47,743 nt of DNA, taken from NCBI GenBank assembly GCA_028700095.1, contig JAQVTJ010000001.1:1-47743 (forward strand), given 5' to 3'. The DNA is from Methanobacterium sp. (GTDB lineage: Archaea; Methanobacteriota; Methanobacteria; Methanobacteriales; Methanobacteriaceae). The notes beneath the pieces were generated by a model that saw only the letters and a program-made list of their open reading frames with translations, was not told the DNA's origin and ran no database searches. The translations under genes were made by a program, and so were the position numbers. Of the stretch, positions 46,649 to 47,743 are shown piece by piece (positions within the stretch are counted from its first letter, which is position 1; each line of letters begins with the position of its first letter).

Positions 46649-46951
46649 GAAATACACCTCTAAAAAAACACGATAAATTAAAAAATAGTTTTTAAAATAT
46701 TAAATTCTAGCCTTATATGTAAAATTCATTCTATATAAATATTGCTTTGAACTTCAGTTTTTTTCAATAAAAGTCTTTAAAATATATAAATTTAAAATAA
46801 TCTTTTTGATAACTTTTAAATATTTAAGACCTTAATCAAGGTTATTTTAATTGAAGTTACTTATAAATGTTTTTAATTATTCGCCCTAAATTATAATATT
46901 CAAATATTTTTATTATTTTTTTACTATTAAATAAATAAAAATTATAGAGAT

Positions 46952-47743
46952 CTAAGTTATTAAGATCTCTAATCTATCTTCTTTTACCCCATCTTTAATT
47001 TCACGGGCAATTCTACGTCCCATACTCATAAATTCACCAAATAACAGATAACTATATGGTGAACTGTCCATGAATGAATTGGTTCCACCATCTATTCTAG
47101 CACTCATTTCAAATACAATTATTTCCAAATCATCTGTGCATAGTGTTTGTAAACAGAAAGGTCCGCTCATTCCAGGAGCAACTAATTTTTTAGCACCCTC
47201 TACCAAACTATCTCCAATATCAAATACTTGAGGTAATAGAGATTCTCTCATAACAACAGGATGATTACCGGTTATAACATAGGATGGATCCATTGAAACA
47301 TCTAACTGGTCTTTAGCAGGTATTCTGCACAGACCATCAATATTTGATTCATAACGACTGTCCATTCCCATAATTTCAACTTCATTTTTTAGTGCTGAAT
47401 AAAAATAATGTATACAATAATTACATCCAGACACATATTCCTCTATATGGGCATTTTTAACATCACTTTCTTCAATCCAATTCCTTTCAAGCATTGAATC
47501 TATTTTTTGATTGTATTCTTCTGTTGTTGATGCAACAAAATATCCTCTTCCACCACGTGCCCCTGGAAACTTAACCATAACAGTTCTGTCTATTTGGGAT
47601 GCATCATCATATTTCATAGGTATCCTAATATTAGATTCTAACATTAATTCACGTTCAAGATCTCTTTCAGATTCCCATCTTAATATATCCCTATTCCCAA
47701 ACATAGGTACTTTAAAATCATCTTCTATTCTATCTAAACCTGC
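46952..47743 (-). CDS. purP: Formate:AICAR ligase (FAICAR synthetase), 5' partial
   Basis: GARGGRGYF, GPFCLQ and FEMSARIDGGTN; frame open to the window end. Confidence 0.92.
   Translation of the reverse strand, partial: AGLDRIEDDFKVPMFGNRDILRWESERDLERELMLESNIRIPMKYDDASQIDRTVMVKFPGARGGRGYFVASTTEEYNQKIDSMLERNWIEESDVKNAHIEEYVSGCNYCIHYFYSALKNEVEIMGMDSRYESNIDGLCRIPAKDQLDVSMDPSYVITGNHPVVMRESLLPQVFDIGDSLVEGAKKLVAPGMSGPFCLQTLCTDDLEIIVFEMSARIDGGTNSFMDSSPYSYLLFGEFMSMGRRIAREIKDGVKEDRLEILIT

Overview
AT-rich archaeal chromosomal segment from a Methanobacteriales methanogen (Methanobacterium-like: Ehb hydrogenase, comCDE, aCPSF1, psmB, purP, fibrillarin/Nop5, GGTGA/GAGG Shine-Dalgarno motifs). Order: end of the ehb operon (ehbK-P); a four-gene accessory operon on the opposite strand that separates ehbP from the ACT-domain ehbQ-like gene (pyruvyl-transferase-like protein, reductase + AMP-binding fusion without a carrier domain, V4R/ATC-hydrolase-like protein, GMC oxidoreductase); two paralogous small proteins, cupin, solo Cas4-like protein, nucleotidyltransferase; DUF366-queD-queE, five tandem CBS proteins, Rnl3-type RNA ligase with an apparent N-terminal zinc ribbon, pheA; NusA-like KH protein, coaBC, fibrillarin, nop5, pyrD/pyrK, AI-2E transporter, hjc; a five-tRNA operon (Asn, Ile2-CAT, Glu, Leu, His); radical SAM, gatB, DUF504, CBS-ParB, hisE, aldo/keto reductase; comE/D/C, purM, aCPSF1, psmB, purP (partial). 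Several genes at 17.7-24.1 kb and one at 7.7 kb carry small indels that look like read/assembly errors. No CRISPR array, integrase or transposase is visible. The strongest candidate for an undescribed system is the 4983-11078 operon. All family assignments come from motif recognition, not database searches.
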